This document shows positions 11,933 through 23,959 of a DNA stretch of 64,000 nt, one piece after another; the first letter of the stretch is position 1; every line of letters starts with the position of its first letter. Below the pieces are notes generated by a model. The model was not told the origin of the DNA and made no database searches. It saw only the letters and a program-made list of their open reading frames with translations. The DNA is taken from the NCBI RefSeq assembly GCF_009914755.1, contig NC_060938.1. The stretch is one strand, 5' to 3'. Both the position numbers and the translations under genes were made by a program. The DNA comes from the human T2T-CHM13v2.0 reference genome, Homo sapiens.

Positions 11933-12744
11933 GTTATTTATTTATTTTTGAGACAGAGTCTCACACTGTCACCCAGGTTGTAGTGCAGTGGCGCCATCTT
12001 GGCTCATGGCAACCTCTGCCTCCTGGGTTCAAGCAATTCTCCTGCCTCAGCCTCCTGAGTAGCTGGGATTACAGGTGTGTGCCACCACACCTGGCTAATT
12101 TTTGTATTTTTTAAATTATACTTTAAGTTCTCGGGTACACGTGCAGAACGTGCAGGTTTGTTACATAGGCATGCAAGTGCCATGGTGGTTTGCTGCACCC
12201 ACCAACCCATCATCTACATTAGGTATTTCTCCTAATGTATCCCTCTCCTAGCCCCACACTCCCCAACAGGCCCCGGTGTGTGATGTTCCCCTTCCTGTGT
12301 CCATGTGTTCTCATTGTTCAGCTCCCACTTATGAGTGAGAACATGTGGTGTTTGGTTCTCTGTTCTTGTGTTAGTTTGCTGAGAATGATGGTTTCCAGCT
12401 TCATCCATGTCCCTGCAAAGGACATGAACTCATCCTTTTTTATGGCTGCATAGTATTCTATGGTGTATATGTGCCACATTTTCTTTATCCAGTCTATCAT
12501 TGATGGGCATTTTGGTTGATTCCAAGTCTTAGCTATTGTGAACAGTGCTGCAATAAACATATGTGTGCATGTGTCTTTATAGTAGAATGATTTATAATCC
12601 TTTGGGTATAATTTTTGTATTTTTAGTAGAGACAGGGTTTCACCATGTTGGCCAGGCTGGTCTTGAACTCCTGACTTCAGGTGATCTACCTGACTTGGAC
12701 TCCCAAAGTGCTGGGATTATAGGCGTGAGCCACTGTTCTTGGCC
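11933..12744 (-). mobile_element. AluS element split at its A-rich linker by an L1 insertion (right arm 11933-12111, left arm 12609-12744)
   Basis: Both Alu arms are recognisable and the linker TAATTTTTGTATTTTT is present twice. Confidence 0.95.
12112..12608 (-). mobile_element. 5'-truncated L1PA7/8-like element (3' UTR plus end of ORF2)
   Basis: ttatactttaagttctcgggtacacgtgcagaacgtgcagg 3' end; ORF 12318-12560 gives MFIAALFTIAKTWNQPKCPS (L1 ORF2 C-terminus); 16-bp TSD at 12096-12111 and 12609-12624. Confidence 0.95.
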
Positions 12745-12992
12745 TATTTTTTCAAAAGTGCAGTTCTTTCTGGTTACACATTGGTCAAATGTTAGGTTTC
12801 TAGCTGCCTCTCTGCTGCAGCCAGGGCGTTTCAGTGGAATTCAAAATTCTCCCTATTTTTCTTTTCAAATTCCCACCATCGAAGGGCAGACACTGGTTTT
12901 GTCCTCTCAGACCGTTGTGATGTTGGAGGTGGGCTGTGGCTGGTGAGGCAGGAGGCCAGTTGGAGGTCTCACTCTGGATGTTTGGCCTGGAG

Positions 12993-13250
12993 CTGTAGTT
13001 CTCAACTGGGGGTAGTTGTAGCTTGCAGGGGGACATTTCACAGTGCCATTTGTGTCTAGAGATATTTTTGGTTGTGTGACTGGGAAAATGTTCCTGGGAT
13101 CTAGTGGGTAGAGGCTGTGGATGCTGCTCCACAACCTGTAATACACAGGACAACCCCTCCCCTTCTCCCCTGCCTGCCCTCCCCCACCAAAAAAAAACGT
13201 GTATGGCCTCAAATGTCAGTAGTGCAGGGCTGAGCGTTAAGAAGCCCTGG
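12993..13250. mobile_element. MER20 (hAT-Charlie)
   Basis: gttctcaactggggg...atctagtgggtagaggc...aaatgtcagtagtgc...aagaagccctg. Confidence 0.85.
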
Positions 13251-13945
13251 TATAGAGGAAATCTCTTGGCCTCTCTGGGCCTCAGTTTCCTCCTCTGAAA
13301 AACGCAGGTGAGGAGGTCATGCACTAGATGATGCCTAAGGTCCCTTAAAGCTTCAGCCATCTAATTTTATCTCTGGTTCCAGAGTGACTCAGAGGTTCTG
13401 CATCACTGGCTTCCTCTCCCTGTGACACCAAGACCCCATTATAGCATCTCCAATGCCAGGGCACCGCGTGACATGGCACTCAGCTGGGAGACACCAGCGG
13501 GAGGCCCTTTGCAGAGACAGTTGCTAGAAAATGCCAGCCTGGAAGGCAGACACTCTCAGCCCCCAAATCCTTTCTTTATTTGCTTGTTTTCCTGTCTCCT
13601 CCTTCAGTAAGGCACTGTGGGTTCTGCGTTGGCAGAGCTTTGGCTAATTGGACCTTCTCATCATCCTATCACATGAACACAGAGCCCAGCAACTGGCCCA
13701 GCCTTTCCAGCATGTTCTAGCTTTGGCTGATTTTTTTTGAGATGGGTCCCAGCAGCTGATATTTGATATCAGAGCCTCTCTCTCTCTTTGGCTTTTCATT
13801 CTACCCACTCAAGAACTTCCTCAGGCTCCACTTGGGCTGTGCCCCCTCCCATCCCTCATGCTCCAAGGTCCCTTTGTTCTTCTTCATCTGCATTTGAGTT
13901 GGCTGTCTAGTGGGCCTTGAGTCCTGACTCCACTGCATCCTATTT

Positions 13946-14516
13946 GTGTGATGTGATAGCTATGGAGCGGCGGCCCAGGTCTCCCTCCAGAGACCCTGCT
14001 GAAAGAGAGTCATAGGTAGAGAGCCTTCAGCTGCTACGTCTTCCAGTCCTAGGTAGCACTTACCTGAGATCATGGCCTTCCATGGTCATGGTGGGGTGAT
14101 TGAACTGGACCATTTCTGCCTGACCAGGACTCCTCTTACAGGCAGTTTTTGCTCTGGGGTTACCCATCAGAGTGACCAATGCTTGCTCAGAGCTCCCTGT
14201 GGTTGGAGTCTCTTCCTACCCAATCCCCCTTCCTTCCCTCTGTCCTTTCCCAGGTATCGGACCTGGTGGAGTCATGCTGTTCAATACATTTTCTCTGTTT
14301 TCTAAGTTTTTGGCGCCCTGGATATGATTTATAATGAAAGGAATCAATCTATTATTTGTTTATTTATTCATTTTTTATTTTTAGACAAAGTCTCACTCTG
14401 TTGCCCAGGCTGGAGTGCAGTGCACCACTGTCTAAAGGCTCTCCCCTCCCACTCCTCCTTTGTCTCCCCTTCATCCCTCTTGCCATCTGCTTCTTGAAGG
14501 ATCTGAACAGATGCAT
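13946..14516 (+). mobile_element. LTR16B-like ERVL solo LTR, interrupted at 14264-14422
   Basis: cctttcccaggtatcggacctg | caccactgtctaaaggctctcc...catctgcttcttgaaggatctgaac. Confidence 0.7.
14264..14422 (+). repeat. Direct-orientation copy of 11846-11990 (87 bp unique flank plus Alu tail and 3' end)
   Basis: TGGTGGAGTCATGC...GAAAGGAATCAATCT followed by the Alu 3' end at both sites; 8 mismatches in the 87-bp unique part. Confidence 0.95.
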
Positions 14517-14519
14517 CTG

Positions 14520-14670
14520 AGCATGTCAGTGAACATCCCTGAGTCTCAGTTTCCTTGTCCGTGTAACAGAGAATCAGATTTGCTGCATTTCACAAGGTGA
14601 TTTTGAGGATTAAATGACAAAAAAGATGTATAACTTTGTAAACAACGCAGTCAGGCAAATGTGATGCATT
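14520..14670 (+). mobile_element. MIR SINE
   Basis: ctgagtctcagtttccttgtccgtgtaac...ttttgaggattaaatga. Confidence 0.7.
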
Positions 14671-16079
14671 ATTTTCTCCTCAAAGATTGCAGGTCTTAGG
14701 TCCCATTCCTTGGAGACCCCTGTAAACCAACAGCAGAAAAATGAGATTGCTTTTGATGTTTTAGTTGCAACTATTCTGTGTCAGGTGGGACTGCATCATG
14801 TTAAGTATCCCAAACTCCCACCTGCTAAATGCCAATAGCTTTTGCCATCCCCATTATTGCAACCATGAAAAATGACCTCCTACCATTTCTAAATGCCAGC
14901 TATTGGGGCTGCCTGGTTCCTGGTTGAGAACCACTGTGCTGAACTCTGTCCAGCTGATATGTTAGTAGGTTAGTAGATCCTCATCCTCCCTAAGTATACA
15001 CTTCAACTTGGGCCTTGGGGGCCTCAAGTCAGAGGAATTAGTGCTGTGGACCTTCTAAACACTGGGCCAAGGCAAGGATGAGTGGTTTCTGGGGAGGAAT
15101 TAATCACACCCCAATCGGGTGTTGGCACAATGACTACCAAGGGCAACACCTGGTATGGCACTGAACACTCTATTGACAAAATGTAACAGAAAGCCCAATC
15201 ACTAGAAGTTCAAATATCCTGGAATGGGCAGCCAGAGGCTGGGTTTGGAAAGTTCCATTATGCAGAGATAGGATTTTTAGGGGACATCAACCACAGCCAA
15301 GAGGAATGGCTGGCAGCCAGTCATTATCAGGCAAGAGATCAGAGGTGTATCAGATCTATTAGAGCCCAGTTGGATTGTCCCAGTTCATCTACAGAGAGAA
15401 TCTGATTCTTGAGGGGCTGACCTTGGATCCCCCTGGTGAGCAGCTACCCATGGGTTACAAGGTTCTCCTCTGAGGGTCTCACCCACCAAAGGGCCAGCAG
15501 AGAGCTCAGAAGGGAGGCTAGGAGGCTAGGAAGGGAGGCTCCAGGTGTCTTTTTACAGCCTTTGATAATGTAAGATTTGCTTTGTGGCTGCTTCTTCTAT
15601 TTTCACTGACATCCTCTCTTATTTATTTTTTGAATGTAGTTAACATTTGAATATAGTTTTGTTACATGCCTTATTCCTTTATGGAATAAGAAGGTGGGAG
15701 AAACAAATTTGTGAAATAATAAATACACCTTTTGATGCACTCAAATCACTCTCATATCAGGCTGACTACTTTATCAGCCAGAAAGTCTGCCCTGACCATG
15801 GTCAGCAGCTACAGCTGGTGGGAAACTCCATCTTCCAGAATCTTCTTCACTGCCCACTTGGAAATGTTTCCTGCTGTTTATCTTCTCCAGGCATCTTGTT
15901 GCCTTTGCTTTTGATTCATGGCATCTGGGGAAATTCTTGCTCTCCAAGAGGCCATGCAACTCTAGATGAATCACTTAGCCTCCTACAGTTCCTTAGCTTT
16001 AAAGTTGTGATAACAACAATACCTTCTCTGCCTGACTCAGAGGGTCATTGGAGAATGGTTGAGAAACTGTAACAGAGGT

Positions 16080-16583
16080 GAGATCTTGTTTGCAAAAATG
16101 GCCACAATTGTTCTTCAGCCTGTATCCTTGCAATCCAATTTTGTAGCTCCTCTCAGTGGGTGACATTTGTTTCTTGACCCCATGAATCTGGTTTTGTGAC
16201 TTGCTTTCATCAGTAGAGTGAAGCAGAAGTGATAGCATGCCAGTTCTGAACCTCCACCCAAAAGACCCTGCATGCTACTGCTTGCTCTCTTGGACTCCTG
16301 CCTGCATTGTGTGAATGTGCTCAGCCTGGCCTGCTGGAGGATGAGAGCATATAAAGCAGAGATGAACTAGAGGCTGCTTAGACCAACACAGACCACCCAA
16401 ACCTGAGCCAATCTGGAAGCTGACTACAATAGAATGAATGAACCCAGTCAAGACCAGAAGACCCAACAAGCAAAGCCCAGTCCAAATAGCCCACACCTGG
16501 AGTCATAAGCAAAATATATGGTCACTTTTTGAAGCCATGCAATTTTGGGATAGTTTGTTATGCAGCAAAAGCTGACTGATGCA
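16080..16583 (+). mobile_element. MLT1H-like MaLR solo LTR
   Basis: aaaatggccacaatt start; gtttgttatgcagcaaaagctgactgatgca end. Confidence 0.8.
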
Positions 16584-16799
16584 CTTGGTGTACAGTAGAG
16601 GAAAGCTCAGTGGCATTAAGGCCAGGTATTGTGAAGCCAGGATGGGGAGATCTGGGCAGCTCTTGAGGAAGTGCAGGGCAGTGAGATTCCAGAGCAGCTG
16701 CCACCCCTCTGCACCCTCAGGTCAGGCAAGGAAGTGCTGAGCAGTTGGGTATCAGATGTCAGGGACCCAAATTGCATGCAAGCAGAAAAAAAAAATCTA

Positions 16800-17290
16800 A
16801 GGTTGTTATTTATAGCAAAAATTTAAACAGGGAAGCTCTGTCAGTTTTCTGAATTACTGACAGTTGCAGAAATGTTAATACAAAGCTTTATAAGACTGGC
16901 CAGATGTTCGATATTAAACAAGCATCTGTTTTGTATAAGAGACTTTTTATGCCCCCAGCACACTGTCTCTTTCTCTCTCTCCCCTTCTCATCCCCCTTTA
17001 TTTGTCCTGATCCCAGGCTGGATCAGGGCAATGGCTGAGGGTAATTGCCTCAGCTACAGTTTTATTTAGTTTCTGAATGCTGGTGTCCATGGTGTCAAAA
17101 ATACACCCCAAAAAATAACCCTGGGAAAGGTTAATAATGGCCTTTCTGGTGTCATATTCTGCACTTTATATGTTGTGGTAATTATTATCATTAGGGCTGT
17201 AAGAATGTCTAGTTATCTTTCTTAATCACATACTCTAAAGAAGTACTTCTGAACACATATCTATTATTTAATCAAAATCTCACAGTTATT
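16800..17290. promoter_or_regulatory. Candidate conserved non-coding element / enhancer
   Basis: Repeat-free AT-rich block with TGACAG (TALE), TTTAT (posterior HOX/CDX) and many TAAT cores. Confidence 0.3.
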
Positions 17291-17792
17291 GGCATTTGTG
17301 CTCCACCAGGGCTGTGTTTATTTTCTGTTTGCGAGGGGGAGCTTTGCCTCCCAGAAAAGAGGGGGCCCCGAGTCCATACCCACTTTCATCGCTGTCATAG
17401 CATGTGACACTTGGTGCTATTAATATCGGAGACACCAAACACATGTTATTACTCCCCACTCCCCCTTTTGACTGCATTCTAGGAAAAGCACTTTTATTAA
17501 CAAATAAAGGGTCAAACACATGGCACAGATGAATCTTGCTGCCTGGAAGAGGAGATTTAGTGGGGCTGAGACCTTTGGGGATATGCTGTTTCCAGGGAGG
17601 GAGAGCAAAGCAGGTCAGTGGGGGCATTATGGACTCCCTGTGGTGGCCACCTTGAGGCGTACTTACCCATTGCTCAGGAGGGAACTGCTCATCAGAGGAA
17701 GGAGACTAACCCCTAAAGGGGGACCACTATGCTCTGCTTGTTTTGAGGGTGCTTCAAACCTCTCTTCTTCTTCGTAATCCTCACAATGACCC

Positions 17793-18172
17793 TGATATGG
17801 TTTGAATTTGCACCCCTGCCCAAATCTTATGTCAAATTGTAATCCCCAGTGTTGGAGGAGGGACGTGGTGGGAGGGGATTGGATCATGGGGGCAGATTTC
17901 CTCCATGCTGTTCTCATGATAGTGAGTGAGTTCTCATGAGATCTGGTTGTTTTACAGTGTGTGGCACCTTCCCTCTCTCTTCTTTCTGCTCCAGGCATGT
18001 AAGACGTGCCTCCTTCCTCTTTGCCTTCCACCATGATTGTAAGTTTCCTGAGGCCTCCCCAGCCATGCTTCCTGTACAGCTTCCAGAACCATGAGCCAAT
18101 TAAACTTGCTTTCTTTATAAATTACCCAGTCTCAGGTAGTTCTTTATAGCAATGTGAGAATGGACTTACATA
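17793..18172 (+). mobile_element. MSTA solo LTR inserted in a minus-strand MIR (about 17770-18320)
   Basis: tgatatggtttg...caatgtgagaatggacttacata; 5-bp TSD GACCC at 17788-17792 and 18173-18177. Confidence 0.92.
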
Positions 18173-18339
18173 GACCCTATGCAGAATGTATCACTGTCAC
18201 ATTTTACAGATAGAGAAGTCAAGGATCCGAGAGACTTACTTGCTCAGGGTCACATAGCTTGTGAGCTGGAACTTGAGGCTACCGCTTGCTTGATTCTAAT
18301 GTGTATGGTTTTATCATAAAGCCATGCATGCTTCCCAGC

Positions 18340-18668
18340 CAGCACTGGCCAAGACAGTGGCCACTCACCTTGTGTAGCTACTGAGCACTTGAAACGTGGC
18401 TAGTCCAAACTAAGATGTGCTTTAGATAAAAAAACACTCACTGGAGTTCCAAGACAAAGTACCAGGAAAAAAAAGACTATTCATTAGTAACTTTTAATAT
18501 TGATTACATGTTAAAGAACATTTTGTATAATACATATTGGGTTAAACAAACTATATGATTAGAACTAATTTCACCATTTTCAAAACTTTTAAAAATGTCA
18601 CTACTAGAAAATTTAAAATTACATCTGTGGCTTGCATTTATGGCTCACATTGTATTTGGACAGCACTG
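18340..18668. mobile_element. MER33 (hAT-Charlie)
   Basis: TIRs cagcactggccaa / ttggacagcactg; internal gagcacttgaaacgtggctagtcc. Confidence 0.8.
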
Positions 18669-18727
18669 TCCCCAACTGTAAGTCTCTGCGTGCTTCTTCA
18701 ACAACAGTTTGTCCTATTGCTTAAGAG

Positions 18728-18947
18728 CAGTGCTTTTCAATTGGGGGTGATTTTGTCCCCCAGGAGACATTTGGCAATGTTTGGAGGTGTTTTTGACTGC
18801 TGCAGCTTGCAATGGGGAGGGTGCTACTGTCATCTAGTGGGTGGAGGCTGAAGATGCTGCCAAACATCCTACCGCACACAGGACAGTCTCACAACAAAGC
18901 CTTGTCCAGCCCCAAATGTCACTCGTGCTGAGGGTGAGACGCCCCAG
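18728..18947. mobile_element. MER20 (hAT-Charlie)
   Basis: cagtgcttttcaattgggggtgattttgtccccc...gacatttggcaatgtttggag. Confidence 0.9.
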
Positions 18948-19779
18948 CGTAGAGACGTACCTTGTATACTTTGTTCTCCTGCTGGGGTCCCCAGGGATGT
19001 CAGCAGTGATTTAAGAGAAAGAGGAACACTGCTGTGATGGTGTCTGTATTGGTAGTTTCTTCCTCCATTTCCCTCTAGAACACCCTCCTTCCTGATTTTT
19101 TCACAGAATTAAAAACCAACATCTGACCATAATTGTCACATATCCCTGCCAAGTGACCTGTATTTTTTGGAAACATATGCAAGGGTGGCTGTATGTCTTC
19201 AATGGCATTTTTAAGTAGCAAACTTCTTCTTTCCAGAAGAACACACAGCTCAAGTGAGGGCAGGAAATGCTATTGGAGTTGGGAAGATCTGGCTGGAGGA
19301 GGGGAAAGGGGGCTTCCTAGAGAAGAGTGAAGGAGGGCTGACCCTGTGTTGGAAGCAGGCCCTCAGACAGACTTGGGGTGGAGGTCTTTGGGGCTGACAT
19401 GAGCTCCAGCTGGGAGAAAAGGCCCAGGGAGAAGGAGCTGAGCCCTGGCTTGGGACACCTACAGCAGTGAAAATGATCCAGGCATGTAGCAGGTAAGGAA
19501 GGTCATTTTGCATTAGGGGTTGACTCTCCCTGGACCCTGGCAAAAGCGGTGGATTCTCTGGGCAACTGAGGTGGTACAGTGCTCCTGGAGGAGTTAGATA
19601 TGGCTGAGGCAAACCCACAGGGGCCTGACAAGTGGAGGCCTGGGGGGGAAGTATGGAGAGCTGAGGTGCACCCTTCCCACTTTGAGCAGAGGGGAAGTAC
19701 TCAGAGGGAAATGCAGTGCTGCCAGAAACTGGAGCCTTCAGGAGCAAGCAAAATAACTAATTGGCTCCAGTTTAGGGTC

Positions 19780-20451
19780 TGCTATGGTCTGATGTTTGTC
19801 CTGTGTTGAAACTCAACACCCAAGGAGATAGTATTAGGAGGTGGGGCCTTTGGGAGGTGATTAGGTCATGAGGGTGGAGCCCTCATGAATGGGATCAGTG
19901 CCCTTATAAAAGAGTCCCCAGAGTGCTACCTCACCCTTTCCACCAGTGCTTGCTTTCTTTTTTTTTAAATTTTTTTTTATTTTTGAGATGGAGTCTTGCT
20001 CTGTTGCCCAAGCTGGAGTGCAGTGGTGCAATCTCAGCTGACTACAACCTCTGTTTCCTGAGTTCAAGCAATTCTCCTGCCTCAGCCTCCCACGTAGCTG
20101 GGACTACAGGTGCATGCCACCATGCCCAGCTAATTTTTTTGTATTTTTCATAGAGATGGGGTTTCACCATGTTGGCAAGGCTGGTCTTGAACTCCTGGCC
20201 TCAAATGATTGGCCCACCTCAGCCTCCCCAAATGCTGGAATTACAGGTGTGAGCCACTGTGGCTGGCCTTCCACCGGTGCTTTCTGTGAACCAGAAAGTA
20301 GGCCCTCACCAGACGCTGAGTCTGCTAGCACCTTGATTTTGGACTTCCCTGCTTCCAGAACTGAGTGCAATAAATTGTGAAAAATAATAAGCTGTTGTTT
20401 AAAAGTGACCCAGTTTATCGTGTGTTATAGCAGCCCAAACAGAATAAAACA
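19780..20451 (+). mobile_element. MLT1A0-like solo LTR interrupted by an Alu
   Basis: tgctatggtctg...ggtggggcctttgggaggtgattaggtcatgagggtggagcc...ttatagcagcccaaacagaataaaaca. Confidence 0.88.
19952..20268 (-). mobile_element. AluS element
   Basis: Full dimer; TSD TTCCACC(A/G)GTGCTT at 19938-19951 and 20269-20282. Confidence 0.93.
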
Positions 20452-20749
20452 GGACCTAAATGTGTCCCCAGAGGGTGTGGCCTGGAAAATACATTTGTTA
20501 CAGTTGTGTAATGGGCACAAAACTCAGACCATTAGCTTACGTGTGTAAGAAATTTTACTCATTTTCTCATTACTAGCTGTGGCATAAATGGCCAGCTATT
20601 CACCAGGGATTCATGAATCCCTTCAGGAATGTCTGGGAATGGCTGTCCAGCCAGGGGAGCCCCTGGCCCCCAGCATCTAGGTGGGGTCACCGACTACTTC
20701 TCAGCAATGTCATTGCTAGGTTGTGGGTAAGAAACAGATGTGTCTTCTC

Positions 20750-21012
20750 TACCCAATCTTTTCTCCCTCATTCTTCTCCCTGTCTCTTGAACAACTTTCA
20801 GGTGGCTATCAAGGCCTAAGATGATCTTGGAAGCTGCAGGCTGAAGATGGCAGGGCCTGAGTCCCTGAGCTACTGTGTGGAGTAGAGCCCCACCTCCTGC
20901 TGACCAGGAATATAGGCACTGGTGGTTACGTAAGTAAGGAATCAACTTCTGATACGTACAGTCGCTGAGATTTGGGGGTTTATGTGTTACGGCTGCTGAT
21001 GTTACCTTAATT
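20750..21012 (+). mobile_element. MLT1J-like LTR fragment
   Basis: gaagatggcagggcctgagtccctgag...gctgagatttgggggtttatgtgttac. Confidence 0.6.
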
Positions 21013-21026
21013 TCTATTTTGAACCC

Positions 21027-21476
21027 TGTAGTGGGCTGAATTATGTTCCTGCCAAGAACTATGTCTAAGTCCTCATCCCCAGTACGCGAGAATGTGACTT
21101 TATTTTAAAATAGCATTATTGCAGATGTATTGAAATTATGGATCTAGACTTGAAATCATCTTGGATTTAGGGTGGGCCTTGAATCCAATGATGAGTGTTC
21201 TTAGAAAAGGAGGAGATGCGGAGAGAAACAGAGAAGAGATGATGTGAAGCCTGAGGCAGAGATTGGGGCGATGCATCTGCAAGTCAAGGTTAGCCCCCAG
21301 CAGGCAGGAGTGAGGCATGGAGCATATTTACCCTCAGAACCTCCAAGAGGAACCAATTTTTCCAACACCTTGATTTTAGTCTCCTGGTCTCTGGAGCTCT
21401 AAGAAAATAAACTTCCGTTGTTTTAAGCCACCCAGTTTGTGGTCATTGGTTAGGGCAGTCTTTGGAAACTAATCCA
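21027..21476 (+). mobile_element. MLT1B/C solo LTR
   Basis: tgtagtgggctgaat...ttttaagccacccagtttgtggtcatt...ggaaactaatcca; TSD-like AACCC/AATCC. Confidence 0.88.
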
Positions 21477-22165
21477 AATCCCATTCCACTGACGGATGTT
21501 CACCCAGTTGTGATTCTATGCGACCTCACTGCAGCTCTTTCCCGCCTCTCTCCAGGGTTCTAACTATGTCCCAGAGCCTTGCATAATGCGTGGAATGAGG
21601 CCAGGAAGCACAGCGTCTATTGCTCAGTCATTAGCCATCCATTATGCCACTGGCTGAGATGTGCATCATCTTCTCTGGTCTCCAAGCTTTGACCTGCTGA
21701 TGTGCAGCTGAGCCATCGCTCATCCTGACCTTAACGCCTTTCCACATCAGACTGTATGGAAGTCACTTCCGCAGGCCCTCTCAGGGGGAGGGGCAGAGGC
21801 CAACTCTTGTCCTGGCCACTCTGAGGCTTCTAGAACATAGAAGAGACTGTCTCAGGTCCTCTCTGCCTAATACCCTGTGTAGCCATTTATACCTTAATGT
21901 TCTTTCTCCAGACTTAGTGCACCTTGCCTCTCCCCCATCATCATCCAGAAAAAGAGGGACAGACCCTATTGCTCCCAAGTCCTGCCCCATTACTTCTGAG
22001 TTTCTTCTCAATCTCCACTGTGCCTCCTGTGAGCCTCAGCCAGGTTTTAGAGGCAGGGCTGCTAGGGTTCGTGTTCCCTTCTTGGGCACCTACCACCATC
22101 AACCCTCTTAATTCCCTCCTGCCCTACTCTCTCCCCAGCAAAGGAAGTTTTAATCTCTAGTGTGG

Positions 22166-22465
22166 TGTGGTAGGTGGAATTCTAAGATGGTACACACACC
22201 CTGCATCTCGTTTCCTTGAGTGTGGGTGGGACCTGTGAATAAGCCATTTACATACCTTTTATAGATGTCACTGCCATGATTAAGTTACTCATAGGTTAGT
22301 TAGTTGGTTAGGCTAGTAACCTGCCATGATTAGGTTACTTATATGTAAAGATGAAGGGATGTTGCAGATGTAGTTAAGGTCTCTAATCCGCTGGCTGTAA
22401 ATGGTTCAAAAGGAAGACTCTCCTGGTGGGCCTGACCTAATTAGGCAATCCCTTTAAAAGAGACA
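22166..22465 (+). mobile_element. MLT1E-like LTR, 5' part
   Basis: tgtggtaggtggaattctaagatgg...ccttgagtgtgggtgggacctgtgaat...ggtgggcctgacctaattagg. Confidence 0.8.
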
Positions 22466-22679
22466 CAGTGGGAGTTTGTGTACTGTGAGTCCCCGGAGGC
22501 CTCTCCAAGAAGCACAGGCTTTTGTTGCTTGAGTTAGGGACGTCTGAGAAATGGTAGGTGGGTTGCAGGTATTTCGAGAGGCATTCACGAAGCACCTATT
22601 ATGTAACAGGCTGTGTGTTTAGACCACAGGGCTACAGAGATGGGTGTGAGTTCACAGCCAGCAGGAGAGGAGAGTCACA

Positions 22680-22930
22680 TAATAATAATGATCACCTTGA
22701 TTGAACACATCTTACTTTATGCCAGGCTCGACTGTAAGTGCCATATATTAGCTCACTTAATTCTTCCCATGACCTTGCTATGAAGGTGATATTATTATTG
22801 ACATTTCATTTTCACAGATGCAAAAAACAGAAAGGTTGAGTAACTTGCCCAAAGTTATACAGTCAGATGGTAATAGATCCAGGATTGAGGCCAACCGGCT
22901 CCAAAATCCACACTCATTACTACCATGCAA
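22680..22930 (-). mobile_element. MIR SINE
   Basis: cattttcacagatgcaaaaaacagaaaggttgagtaacttgcccaaagttatacag. Confidence 0.8.
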
Positions 22931-23114
22931 GACTCCCTCTTGGGATAGAGAATAAAAAGCATACAACTCTCCCTCCCCAAAAACAAAATAATCTGGATCC
23001 TCTTTCTTATTCTCTGGTAGGGTTGACTACACCCTTCACTTGTGTACCCATAGAATTTTGTTAAGATAAACTTAGAAATTTATATGTGTTCACAGTTTGT
23101 GGAGAAGAAGCGGG

Positions 23115-23440
23115 TGTATTGGTTTTGTAGCAATAATGATGTGCAGCAAATCCAAATCTCCAGGGTTTTCTAAATAAGCATTTCCTTCTCTCTGTGGGTC
23201 TTATGGCCTTCAGTTCAGATCCACTCTTGTCCCAGGATTGGGGCTGAGAATGCAATGACCACCTTGGACATGCCTTTTCCTTGCAAATGGCAGCAGCACA
23301 AGAGCACCAGGTCACGCTGTGCTCCTTAACGCCCCACCAAGAACTGTCATACCATCCTTCCACCCACGTTTCATTGGCTACAGCAAAGTCACCTGGTCAA
23401 GTCCACAGCCAATGGGGTGGGAAGTTGACTCCACTCCTAA
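23115..23440 (-). mobile_element. MLT1I/J-like LTR
   Basis: cacgtttcattggctacagcaaagtcacctggtcaagtcc...ggggtgggaag. Confidence 0.65.
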
Positions 23441-23959
23441 GGAAGCCACAGTGAAGGCAGGGAAGGAAGGAAGACTGGTAAGAAAATGACAGGTGGCTTC
23501 CAGGCACTGATAGGAAGGGGTTTGAACCCAGAAGACAGGGAGAGATGAAGCTCATCCAGAAGGATGGGACCTCCCCCTGAGGGCTCGAGGAAAGTGGGCG
23601 AGGTCTGTGGCTGACACCCCTGAGCCTGTAGGTGTGGGGGCAAGAGGTGGCAGATGTTCAATCTCAGGCCTCTGTTTTCCCTGCAGAGTAGTGGGTGAGT
23701 CATTCCCAGAGGGTGAGCAGAGGAGGCCACGCCTCCAAAGAGTGTAGAGAGGGTTCCAAGTGCAGCTGACTCTGGGAATGTGTAAGGAGAGGAGCAGGGC
23801 CACGGCAGAGATGGCTGGGCAGTTTCAGGGCCCTACTGAAGCTGTAGAAGCTCCTGGCCTCAGGATGGAGGTTTTCTGGCCCCCACCTCCCGGAGGCTCC
23901 TTCCTTTTGCAAAACTATGACCTCTCTTCTGCCCACCACATTGACGCTGTCTCTCAGTC

